Positions 22,661 to 35,182 of a stretch of DNA of 64,000 nt are shown here, piece after piece; within the stretch, counting starts at the first letter, position 1, and every line of letters begins with the position of its first letter. The notes under the pieces were generated by a model, which saw only the letters and a list, made by a program, of their open reading frames with translations, did no database searches and had not been told where the DNA came from. The translations under genes were made by a program, and so were the position numbers. The stretch lies in contig CM074811.1 of assembly GCA_037447605.1 (NCBI GenBank), positions 1,364,001 through 1,428,000 on the forward strand. Direction: 5' to 3'. The stretch comes from Zygnema circumcarinatum SAG 698-1b. Its lineage: Eukaryota; Plantae; Zygnematophyceae.

Positions 22661-25600
22661 TTAGCCTGCAAGGTTCATGGTGATGGAGATGTACGGATGC
22701 AGGTCCGACTCACCCCCCGTCAGGCCGGCCATACTGGAGTCGGTATCCCCACCCTTCCAGAAGAGGCTGCATGATGCCATGCCACAAAATGCTCCCAAAG
22801 TCATGTTCAATGCATGATACTTCCCACGTGGGTGATCCTAACCTACCGGGACCACTATGACATTAACGTTCACATGAATCTGAAAGGCTGCATGCTGCCC
22901 CGCCCAAGAACTGAGACACGACTTGGAAAATGTTGGTACCTAGGCAGTAGATGTCGGCCATAACTTGCCCTCATAGAAGAGCAGACACCTAAGCCTCAGT
23001 GCAAGGGCTTGATCTTACCTGCTGCCTGTTGACGACAGAGTGTCCAACACTCCTCTAACTTTCTTCTCAGCTTTCATATTTGGTGCAATCACTGCAGCCT
23101 GCATTGCCATCAGAAGAAATCTCAGAAATGCTTCCGTTTTTGCATACTTCGCACGCAATTGTAGCGGACAATCTAAAGTACAAAGCCGAGATTTGTCATG
23201 ACACGAGAGGAGGCGGAGAGGGAAGATACCTGCGCCTACTATTCGAGGTTAGAATGCAAATCGCGCGAACTGTCCCATACATAGACGCTGCTAGCAATAA
23301 AAAACAGGACATCTGGCTAGCGATGCTTAGTGATTTCAGCACTGCACACCTGATAGGCGGGAGGCAATCCATATCGCAGAATGCTCTCAGTGAAGATTCT
23401 GATAGCACAGAGGTGCATCCAGGAGCTAAACACCTGGCTCAAATAAGATACCCAACATGAAAATAATAAGAACAGCATGACAGGACAAAGCATGCAAAAC
23501 CCATCTTGAGCAGCATGACTTTCACATCGAAAGGAATGGCTACATGCCTAAACGAGCGTCCAATACCTCCCCATAGCTGGCGTTGCACCATTGCTGCAAG
23601 GTTGTCCGCATGCTCTCCTGATCTTCACTCAGCCGCGCTTGCTCGTCCTGACGTTGCACGAACCCTTCTGGGTCATGCTCATATTCACGCACCTGCCAAG
23701 AAGCTTCTGTCAGAATGAAACACCCAAGCATCCTACAGAGTGACACGGACATTAAACCAGTCTACATGACATGACATGACATGACATATTGACAAGGCAT
23801 GACATGTTTATGTGGTCTACATGCAGATAAAGCCAACGCTCAGCAAACCTGTTGACACTCATAAGTACAATAATCACGGTAATTCCGACAATGGTTTCAA
23901 ACAAAAGAATGTGAGCACACCTGGAAGCCTTTTTCACGTGCAGCAACTTTGAAAGTATCCGTTACTTTGCGAAACAACGTCACCGTGAATAACGCGTACT
24001 CGTTGTCTTCCGAGATTCTTACTGAAGATCGAGGCACCTGTCCAACATTCAAAAGTCAAGATGCTAAAATAAGGACATTGCTTGAAAACAAAGGAGGATG
24101 TTTCCATTCCGAGTTCAAATACTATCGCCAAGCAATTAAACTATATCATCGTCGAGCTACTATACATAGTTTTCCACATTTGAGAACTTAGAAGCCTACT
24201 GCTTTAGCTCAGCGGTCAGGTCAGACTCCATGGTACATTTGATTATACAGCTGCAATATTGTATACTGGAAATTATAAATTTTCCAGAAAAATCCATTGT
24301 TGTAGTATTTCAGTACAGTTTACTTCACATCGAAGCAAACATCGTAAGCCGGCTTGTCTGATTATAATTCAAATCACTGGCACGGCCTTCCTTGGAGTAG
24401 TTTGACATCCATCAGGCAACGATTATCACTGAGTAGGGGTTCTACAATGTGTTCCGAAAAGCCCGAAAGCAAAAGTGAATTGTGGTTCACCTACCACAAA
24501 GTTAGAAATCGATTCATAGGAATTCAACCAGTCCTTTTCCACAAACTTGGAGACGACTACAATCAGAGTGGTGAGATGCTCAGATTCCACAATTTGCTCC
24601 GGTTTTATAATGCTCGACAGGTCTCTCACTGCCATGCTGCCCAGTCACGCACCACAGCAAAGACAATCTTTCAATTATAAAAAGTTCAGCACTTCTCAAC
24701 GAGGACAGTGGTTGCACTAGAGTTGCAGTACAGTGATGCTTCTGATAATGGACAGATAGATACTCTGGTTGGGACTACTTCCATGGTTAACGGGTATGTG
24801 CCTCTAGACCAGCACACTATCTTTGAAGTTGTAGCACCAAGCAGCTTCGCCTCACCCCAAAAAATAGAAACAGACAGCTTCACACTTCCTATCTTCCGCT
24901 GTGAATGGTATAACCTTGGAATGCATGACATACACGATGCAAATGCAGGGCACTGGGGGGGAGCATCAGCATGTCGTTCTTCAAAATTCTCCCAAATAAT
25001 TCGAAGCCAGGGAAATGCAAGGCAAAAACTTCAGCATACCTTCCACCGGCTTTGCGATTAAGAGCACTGAGCTGACTCTTCACCGAATTGTACTCTGCAA
25101 CTCGGACCTGAAAGAATCACATTTTTGTCAGAGTCAGGCTCGTAAAGACACAAACACATTAAGTGCATACTAGGTTGATTATTGATCGTGTGTGCAACCT
25201 TAATCCAAAACTACATTCCAGGAGCTCAATGGGTTTGCAAAAAATCAATACAACACCTATCCCAGAAGCTCTGAAGGCTTTAGATATAAGGTGACTCTTC
25301 TACAGATTTAAAAAAATCGATCAGACGCAGACCAAAGATGGGATTGAAAAAATCAACTTGGAGGATGGTCAAAGGACTGGCGTTCCAGCCTTTCGACCAA
25401 TTACACTCAAAGACTGGCATTCCTGGAGGATGGTCAAGGGTCTGTATACAGTACATGATTCCAGAAACAAGCAATACTTAATCAAAGAAGGGCTTGGACC
25501 TTAAGATCGTCTTCAAGCTTTGCAACATTCTCGTGAATTGTATCAACAGTCTCCCGAAGAGGGGTCATGATCGGGTACTTGGCTTCATCCCATGTGAACC

Positions 25601-26605
25601 TATACCCATGCCCCCTTCCTCCCTCAGCTTCCGTACAACATCTGAATGATTATTTGCTTCATTTAAGGCTGAAAGAGTAATAAAATTGTGGAGGAAAAGT
25701 GACCTTAATACCTTGTCAGGTATGACTCCAAGGGAACACCATCAACAGACAAGGTGCTTCCTTCTCCGCCAATTGTTCTGTCAAGCTCCTCAATCTGTCG
25801 CCTGATCTTATGAGTGACCCCTTCCACAAATGAATTTGCCTGTTTCAGAAGATCAAAGCAAAACAAGTCAAGTACATAAAGTCAGCGCTGGCAGCAGTAA
25901 TGAAAACAACTTTTATTTTCAAAGAAGCGGAATCAAGGCTAGATCTGCAGGCTTTCCTCAGGGAATGAAGTTCACACCATGCAGAGAGTTTGCAAAATCA
26001 GGCTCACCTTCACAAGGTCGTCACTAAGGGCCAACAGAGAGTCGAGAGTTCCGACACGTAAATCTGGAATAAAAAGCTGCAAAATAAAAAGCCTAATTTG
26101 CAAGTTAGTCAGCTTACAGACTACGTACTTTTTAAAGTTCAGAAAATTGATTACACAACTAAAACGCAGAAAGTCTGGGCTAAAAACAAAAACAATGAGG
26201 TCGCTAAAAAAAGCATTCGAGGAAAAAGGAGAGCATGAATACATCCACATTATGGATTTACGAGGAAATCGATGGATGAATGGATTCCAAAACATCTAAC
26301 GAATGAACTGATCCAAAGCAACCTGCTCAAAGATCCACAATGCTTGTGCAACAGAGAATTGGGAATGAGAGAGAAACAAAAGCAAACCAGACAAGGAGAC
26401 GAAGCTGAAAGGGGCGGGATTAAATGAAATGAGAGGGGAAAGAGCCGGGAAAGGAGAACAGTTCAGGCGAGAAGAGGGAGAGAGAATGAACCTTATAAAT
26501 CTGAGTATCAAATGCAACAGCTACTGTCTTATCATGAAGAGCTTTCCAAGTATCCTCTTTGCTGCCTCGAAGCGGCAAAGATACGAGAAGGTACTGACTG
26601 GGCAT
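22661..26605 (-). CDS. VHA-C: Vacuolar H+-ATPase V1 subunit C (DET3 ortholog)
   Basis: Multi-exon gene: [11 protein letters not shown]..., [70 protein letters not shown], final exon SLFWKGG...[14 protein letters not shown] with the stop at 22661-22663. Confidence 0.96.
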
Positions 26606-27003
26606 CTGCATGTAAACGCCACTCCCATCCAGAATCTAAATAAGAGATCTGTGCCAGCTTTAATCAAACAAAAAACTTGTCATTCAATCTCAAACACACA
26701 GTCCCCGTGATCTTCGTCCAATGTGTCAGGGTATTGTATACAATCTTCATTTTCAACCGCGACAAAACAAACCCTAAAATTATCCTTGAAACTCAACCAG
26801 AAAAAAATCACTAGCATAATATCGAAAAAAATCACACCTTGCAGGCTGCTCCGGCCGAGCGCGCTTCAATGTCGTCCCTCCCCTCTCGCCCCCTCCCTCC
26901 TCTCTTCCTCTCTCTCCCTCTCTCGCCCGGTGTCTCTCGGCGCCCTCTCCTCTTCGTAGGGCCCCCTTGCAGGCGTCCATTGCCGCACCTACATCAGTAG
27001 GCC

Positions 27004-27091
27004 GTACAACGTACGTCAGTACAGAACGTCGTACGGTGACGTACGTCAACCGGGACGTCTGTACGGTCCCTTGGAAACAAAATTAGGGTTT
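27004..27091. promoter_or_regulatory. VHA-C upstream element: six GTAC cores plus a telo-box
   Basis: GTAC at 27004, 27011, 27019, 27031, 27041, 27061; TAGGGTTT at 27084-27091; located just upstream of the CT-rich region marking the VHA-C 5' end. Confidence 0.6.
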
Positions 27092-27663
27092 CATGCTCTC
27101 AACATACTATACGGTTGTTGCTCAAGGTGAGGGTCAATGCCAATACATTTTTTACTTTATTTATTATTCACTTATTTATTTATTTGTTTTGTTTGTTTTA
27201 AAAGTGCTTTAACAATCCCAATGAATGCTCCTTCATTGACCACCACACAATACTTCCGTCGATAATGTTCACCCAGCTCTCGGCTGCTTCATCAAAAAAA
27301 AGCTACCATGGACAGAATTTATTAAAGCAAGCAGAAGCAGATAGCCATACCAAGGGCTATTCAGTATTCTCTTGAGGCCAGCTTTTCTTCATTCAATAAA
27401 AAACTTCTTCTTCTTTCTTCTTCTTCTTCTTCTAGCTTCTATTCCATTTCTAATCGCCAACCTCTCTGAACTCATTCCCTTCTACAGCACAAGGCCACCA
27501 ATAGTTCTTTCTATCACAGCTCTGAGAGCTTTCTCTCCTGCAGAGCCTGCCTACATTATGGTACAGTTCTAAACCGTTTCAGTTCAATGCCAATTTCTCT
27601 TCTTATTCTCAATTCAACCCCTGAGATCTCCAATTCCTAGAGCATGGTGAGGAGACCCCCGAG

Positions 27664-29584
27664 CTAGCTGTAAGAGGGGATGACATCATAGAAGTGGTAT
27701 ACTTCCTCCGCATCCAAAACCCCCACTTGCGTTCCGCACTCTGCGCACTGCACTGGCTTATAAACTTCCGCAGAGGGTTCAGCCTCTCCTCCAGAAGCTG
27801 GCTCGCCCTGGTCTGCACTCTTCCCAGACTTCCTTCTTGAAGTCTTTGGAGCTTGCTTCGCTGCATGCGGAGAAACCCTCAAAATCTCGCCTTCCACTAC
27901 TCGGCAATTCCGCACAAAAACCGCACGGAACTGGTTTGTATACTTTTCGTGCCTGCATGTGTGAAGTAAGCGGAGCTTCAGAAGACCTTCAAATCCCGAT
28001 AAGCGTTCTTGACAAGTATCATATGGAGGCACCTCAGTCATTGACTTAGTTAAACAGAAGGAAGAGTTTAAGTTCGAATCATCTCGCACTGACATCAAGG
28101 CCACACTCCCACACATCATTGAACTCAGGAAGCACTCAGTGGGAGAGAGCCTGTCCTAACCAAACCATCGCCTTCTCACAAGAGACCACCTTAGAACCAC
28201 ATCTCACCTAAATGGACTCGTGAGCTGCTCTTCAGAAGCAGCCCTTCCCATACGTGCAAGGAGCTCCTCTCCCAAACCAATCTACTTTAAGCCTCCCCCA
28301 ATGGGCAATCAGAGTGAGAGTGAGGGGGTGAGGTGGCAGCAAGCTGCAGACCGCTGGCAGTCCAAACAGAGGGAAGTGAAGCAGGCGGGACAGCTCAGAA
28401 CCGCATCCGACTCATGTCCGCGCCTTTGTTTGTCAGCCCATTTTTCATCAACATCATCGATGTTGGGGTCGTAATGTTCCTCGTCACCAGCAGGAGGCTG
28501 CACTGCACGAGCACAGTAAAATGCAAACTTCAACTTCTCCTCCAAATCAGGGAAGCACCGAAGCATCAAGAAGATGTCAATGGCACACGTTAGCAAGACA
28601 ATGAACAGACTTCGTGAACTTCATATTCTCCAAAAAGGCTGAAGGAGTGACCATCACTAACTGACTCAACGCAACACTGAAATTACTGGCTGTGGCAACA
28701 CAATTCTAAAGCAGCCCAGGTGACATCAATACTGGCGTGAATCGACAAAACAGATGGAACTACTTTACAAAAGCCAACTTTCCAACCACTTTCCCAAAGC
28801 CCTTAGGCTCTCTTTGACAAGTCCAGGTTTGCACTTTCAATCAACCTAGAAAATGCCAGCTGTATAATTCATCATCTCTTGAATTCGTGACCATTGAAAA
28901 ATCGTTTGAAAATAAACACGTGGCGAGCATTGATAAACAGTTTGCCAAAAAAAGACGTATTAATTGCTGGAGATCCCATAGCTTTACTTTTTAACGTCAC
29001 TAGATTGATAACTGCACAGACATTTTTCTTTTCTCCAATTCAGAATTTGGATGGCCAACAATGTCCGTTGGAGGCTTGAAACATGAACCAGGAAAACACT
29101 TCTGAGATCGCGTAATGGTGCCTTTCAAATTACAGATAGTTCAATTCTTTAGAACCCACAAAACGTAGATGGTGGTGGCAATAAACATATTCCACTTATC
29201 CCAGTTTCAATACGCTTGTACTATAAAGTGGCATTTATATATTAAGCCAAGTGGTCCAAGTGTCGTCCGGCTGCTTCCTTCGTTCAATTCAGTCACCTCA
29301 AGGCGTTGTCGAATGAAGACTTCCAAAGAATCTCAAGATGATACGCTGACGACTGCCAGACAACATTTCTACTTCTGTACTTCTATACCTCTGGTGTTCA
29401 TTCCCTACGTTATGAAACATCGATCGCTGTTTCAAGACTGGCAAGAAGAAGACTGATCCCCAGACAGAGAAATGAGAAAAATGAAGTGAAAGCAGCAAGA
29501 GGTCGAGAACTCACATGAACCATCCTCGTCTGACTGACTCTCTGCTTCATCTCGCAGAGGGGAACCCTGCTCTGTGGCAGCCAT
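27664..29584 (-). CDS. EAPP: E2F-associated phosphoprotein (EAPP family)
   Basis: Exons 29515-29584 (MAATEQGSPLRDEAESQSDEDG), ~28352-28503 and 27664-27952. Motifs [75 protein letters not shown]. Confidence 0.88.
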
Positions 29585-30640
29585 GCCGCCGTTGCAGCTT
29601 TACTGCCCCCCTTGGCCCTCGCGGGAACAAGTGGGAGGCTATGCTATGAGAATGCTATGCTTTGCGGGAGGAAAGAGAAACCACGCGCTGAAGGAAGAAA
29701 CCACGAACTAAAAATGAGCATGAAACCACGAGCGAACGACAGACAGGAGAAGCTCCTGCTAAATAAAAGGGAGAGGAAGTGGCATTTCGCTTGTTTGGTA
29801 CTTTTACTATAAAACTCTATATAAAGTACTGCACTTCCCCTGCTAATGTTTTCCTGTTTACAATAGTTTGCTTTTTTTCGCTACATTTTTTTGTTGGCTT
29901 CTCTTTTCTCCTGTGGACCTTTCGTTTGTGTTTTCGTTCCAAGCTGCTGTGCAGGAAGAAGATCTGGCATTTAGGTTTGCATAAGCATTTCTGGTTTAAT
30001 TGGATCTCATAGTCACCAGTCAGCTGTGGGCCTATCCTGCTCAAAAAAGGAAGGAAGCTGAAACTGCTTGTTGTCTGACGACCTGCATAGGAACTACAAT
30101 GTAAAGCTGCAGATACCGCAGCTGATTGCCGTAGTGTACAAGGAGAAAAACGGAGAGGCATATACAGTGAAGCAAGGGAGGTAAGGGAGGTAGTGCACAA
30201 ACACAGACACATTCGTGGCAGTAAAAATAAGATATTGACAACTGCTGCTTTAGCAGATGACCCGCGTGAGCGTGCAAATGACAACACTAAAACCTAATGC
30301 AGAGAGAACTACAAATTTTAGAACTAGCAACAGCAGCCTCTGCACACCTACATCTACTACGGCTGAGGTCAAAGGCGGAGAAAAAGCTATCTCTGTAACT
30401 TGTCATAGGGCTACATGCAGGAGCAGCCTTCTCCACTTCTTCAACCCAAAAAAGACAGCTGCTAAGTGTCCTCCTCGGGTGTAAGGTAGTGTCTCCATAA
30501 TCACACTCTTACTCACGAAAAGTATGGTTCCTAGTAAAATTCAATCTCTGCTCTTCAGAACTAACATTTTCCTAGCTCTCTCCAATTTAACTTGCCATCT
30601 AACTCTATCTACAAGACACATCGCTGCTCCCTGCCTTCAT

Positions 30641-33600
30641 TCATTCAGCACCTTCCGAAACCCCATCGTCGTCAGTTCCAGCTTCTCCCACACTGAGCCC
30701 ACTGCTCTTCTCTGTGCTTTCCCTTTCATGCCAACCCTCTGCTCTCCCTCCCTCCCAGTTGGCTACCCCCCATTGCCTGCCTTTGCTCTCTGTGCTCTCT
30801 CCCTCACTCGCCTCCCTTTTCCCTTTGGCAGCTATATCCCCCATGCTATCCTCCTTCCCACAACTGTTTTCCGGTGCCCCACGCATACTGCGCCCCTCTA
30901 AACTTCCGTTTCCTTCCGAATCCCCCTCTCCTCCACCAGAATGACCCCTCCCTCCTGCACTCCCCTCATAGGTAACGTTCTCCTCCCCCACTGCCTTGCT
31001 CAATTCTTGCATCGCCTGCCCTTTATGGAGAGGAGGCTTTGACCCTCCTTTCACTTGCACCCCTTTCCCCCCCCTTTGTTCACCATTGGAAACTGCTTCC
31101 TCTTTGCCTAAAGACGCACATGATCCCTCTCTTGACCGCTCTCTCCTCGTAACTTCACCTTGTCTCTTTACAAAAGAATCTACCACCTCAACTTGATTCA
31201 ATTCCCTGCCTCCTGCAGGTGCCCTAACTCCCCCTCCTGAAGGCCCATTTGAAGTTTTTTTGGATTTCCCTTTCTCCTTCAGAGAAGCGAACTTCTGCCC
31301 CCCTTTAGGCTGCTCCCCCCAAGCAGGGCCACTCCCACTCCCACCCTTTAACTTTCCAGAAACCAATTGTTTGTCTCTGAAGGTAGTAAGTCCCTTGCTC
31401 CCATCAACTTTCCCCCCCTTCCTTTTCACTCCACTCCCTTCTTCAACGACAACTGCCGTCTTTCCCTTCCCACTCTTTACATGCATAGCATCCACCTCCT
31501 TGCCTTTCACCCTACATACTACAACAGTGTTCAGTTCCTTAGGAACGAAAGCTTCTTCAATCCTCCTCCCACTCCCACTCCCTCCCTCCCCTTCTCCAGC
31601 CACTCTCACTGCCCCCGGCCGCTCATTGAAGGCTTCATCCTCAAGCATAGCGGGCTCCATAGGCTTTGCTTCTGACATGGGCTGAGGAAGTGGCCGACCC
31701 CCCATATCTGTTGGAGGGTATTTAAAGTCCGGCCCAAAATTGAAGCGGACAGTAGCCTTCTCTGTTTGCTCAGGTAGTGTATAAATGGAAGCTGCCGGAT
31801 AATACCTACCAGCAAAAATGTCGGTGTAGGCACTGCCCTGGCAGACACCATTACGGAAAAATGCGATCTCACTTCCTGTACAGAGAAAGCACAGAAACTC
31901 AGACTCTACACATTTGAACACAAGAGGAGAATGCCTTCAGGTCAGATAGCATTGGCAACGATCGCAACCTCTAACTTATCCCTTGAATCACTTTCCTAAC
32001 CCTTTAAAATGGTACATGCACTCCAAGAATGAAACACATAGAAAGCTCTTCAACTTAGTGAACTAGCATTGTGCCATTTTTCATGTCCCATACAAGAAAG
32101 CCAAGACACTTCACCTCCTCACCTGGAACAGGCACCTTGGGGCCCTCTCCATCATCAATGTAGTAGGGCTGCCCCTTCCAACGCACAAGCTGGCGAGGTC
32201 GGGGTGCAAGCTCTGCCCCTCCCGGCAAACTGATATAGAATCCTATTGTATCTCCCTCACCATACATTTCACCATAAGGCTCCCTCCGTGCCTGATGGAC
32301 CTTACATCCCTCTAAATCGCGATATGCATAACTGTTTGAATCGTATCCCACAGGTGCCTGCACGTCACCTCTCTGGGTGCACCATCCCAGCCGGGTGTGG
32401 CCTGCAAGGAGACCAAAAAAGCTTGGAATTGAGGAGGCTACAAAGAAGTGATTTCATGGTTTGGAAGGACCAATTTTTTGTATTTGGATAATCAGTCAAG
32501 CGGGGATAAGCGTATGTCAGCAAGCACACACACATCCGTAAGGCTGGGGGTACTCTCACTTTGGAAAGACAAAGGGAGCATGCATTGGATATTGTGTAGT
32601 TAGCGGTTCGAGCTATTCGGAAGTAAGAGGGAACACATGAGCTGACTGCAAAGAGATCTGAAACTGTCAACACACAGTGAGCCCTCAACTGGTGTTACCT
32701 CTAGCACACGTGAGGAGTCAAGAGGAAAGGATATTGGTCTAGACCTGTTTTCCCAAGATGCTCGATACTGATTTCGAAGTACCAGGCTCCCTCCATGACC
32801 CCCCTAGTTGCACGCACCATGCGATATCCCTTCCAGCAGGTCGCGCTCAGCCTGTCATCACTCAACTGCCAGCAGCATCCATTCCCAGAATCAAGCCCTA
32901 AACAAATCTTCGCGACCCAATTATACTTTGCAGAGGTCGTTTAAACTGTCAACCCCTTAAAACTCGAATTCAGAAGCTTCATCGTCCCTGGTGGTATCTC
33001 TGGTGGTGCTAAAGATGGTTAAAATTATTGGTATCATGCAGTGGAAATCTTTGGAGTAAGAAACCATTCTGCAATGGATAGAGACACGTTGCCGCTTGCC
33101 CGAGGTGCCCAAGAGGCATTGTTTGTTGCCATCGGGGCCAGCAAACTCGGTCTGCTGAAACATACATCAAGAAGTCCCCTGAGCCGTGCATCTGGCCATA
33201 CGCTAGGGAAATTGCAAAGGCGGTAAGGTCCTTCGACACACACACACTCGGCATCTGAATCTAGAACCCAACCTTATCAATATTGTTCAATAACGCAATT
33301 CACCGGTTGTCTGCTTCACAAGGGCACTCTCAAGTTCACTTCTTTTCGCGAGGTCCCCAGCACTCACTATAATTTCTAAGCTTTAGCAGCGGTATTTCGA
33401 ACCCAAGCGGCTGTACCTGTCAAACTCAATTCTCCCCTTACGTCCCCTCCACATGAATTCAAAAGTAGAAGCTGTCTTACACCTATTTCAAAACTGTCAA
33501 TATTAATGGAAAACAACTAGGCAATAGCCAAAAGCAGGCAATGCGTACCCACCATGACCTGACCCGCCTTATGGAACAGGGAAAGCACCATCTCCCGATC

Positions 33601-34197
33601 TTCAAGCTGATGTTGAAGCGGAGCAGGAGTGACTGGGAGCACGTCATCCTCTACATTGTTGTTGCCACTAATTGACTGCCGGGCACTAGCCTTTTTTGCC
33701 CCCTTCCGTGAACTCTTCGGTCGAGACAATGCTTTTTTCTTTGCTTTTTTATTTAGGGTTTCCTCCGCACCTCCCTCTCCTGCGTCTTCAGATATGCCAG
33801 GTGTGCTGGATCCATTCACATTCAGGCTGGGACTGCTGCCTGGCTTAACTTCAGCTTCTAATTTCCTCTTGCGTGACTCCTTCACCACTTCCGACTCGAC
33901 ATCATTCCCTTTACTTGAAGTCAAATGCGGCAGCTCCACCTCTTTCAACTCACCACACGTCCCAGGGCCGACAATTAGGGTTTCCTCATTATCTGCCCTT
34001 ACTGCAGCAAGCTCTCCCTCCCCACCAACAACATCCACGTTTCTCTCATCCTCTGGCTCCCTAAAAGGAGCAGAGCTGCTCTCAACATGCACCTCTTCCT
34101 CCCCTCCACATTCCCGGGTCGCGGATGCATCCTCCAGGCCTGCTGCTGCAGCCTCCTCAGATGCTGCACATGCCCCTGCCTCCTCTGCGGAAGCCAT
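30641..34197 (-). CDS. TRO: TRAUCO / ASH2-like COMPASS (H3K4 methyltransferase complex) subunit with SPRY domain
   Basis: Spliced SPRY domain: [39 protein letters not shown]...[28 protein letters not shown]...[11 protein letters not shown]...VRFNFGPDF. Exon 1 33559-34197; long low-complexity last exon. Confidence 0.93.
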
Positions 34198-34754
34198 GGC
34201 TGCCGCCACCTCTCACATGAGAGCTCTGCCCACTTTCAGCTTTCCACGAGGCACTCGCCAGGAGTCCTGCCACGTGTCCCAACCACAGCGCTCCCTCCCA
34301 CGCACAAGGCCCCAGCGTGCGCCACGTGGCAGCGGACGGCGGCTGACGGCCTCATGACTGGGCGTCGTCGCGCCGAGTGGGAAGCACTTTTGTCGTGTTC
34401 TGTGCGCTTTTGGGGGGCGCCCATGGGCATGGGCATGGACAAAGTCAACAACATACGAGGAACCATGGGCTCACAGCTTTCTACTTTCGTCCGTAGGTCC
34501 TTTGCGACCGGTTCCTCGTGGTTCTCCCTGTTGCTTCTGTGCGTAGACATTCGATGGCTTCGCCATGCGTGAGATCGATGCCAAATTCTTCCTTTCTTGA
34601 ACCGATACTAATGACCTAGCGAAAGGAAAGCTTGAGTTTTGAGCTTTGAGCTTGCGTATTGTTGTATGCTTCTAGGCCCAACAACAACACGGCTCTGGAA
34701 GCAGCCGCCAAGGGCGCCCTTGTGGGGCGCAGTCCCAATCCTGCTGAGGGCGCG

Positions 34755-34862
34755 CAATGGTTGCCAACCATTGAATCCAACGGTTGCAACCACTGGCAAT
34801 GGTTGGCTAGGATCCTTGCCAATGCTTGCCACGCTTGCCAAGCGTTACATGCCAATGGTTGG
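34755..34862. repeat. Solo arm of the palindromic CAATGG/CCATTG element family
   Basis: 34756-34792 matches 54516-54552 at 34/37 nt by manual alignment and contains CAATGGTTG-C-CAACCATTG. Confidence 0.7.
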
Positions 34863-35182
34863 TCCCTCGCCTCAAACGTGCACGCGGACGGACCTTCGAT
34901 GGCGAGAGCTCATCGACTTTGCGTCGCAGCGTATTCCGAAACCAGTACGATTATTTCACATTTTCAATTAATTTCGGATGATACATGTACTGATTTCGAT
35001 TTCTACTTTTGGGGTGCATACCGCATCATTATTCAAGCAGTGTGAGTGGAAGGGAGGGGGGGAGCGACAGTGGAAGGGGAGTGAGGGTCGAGGGGGAGAG
35101 AGAAAACGGACGAGACACAGAGCGAGGAGGAGGAGGAGGGAGCGGTGGACATATATTTAAGGCACGGAGTGTTTGGGCTGCA

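Noticed and set aside
32726-32734. ATATCCTTT (AT-AC donor-like) on the minus strand in a TRO intron
   Set aside because: The GT-AG junction 10 nt upstream gives the conserved LGKTGHTRLGW sequence, and no matching AC acceptor with a branch site was seen.
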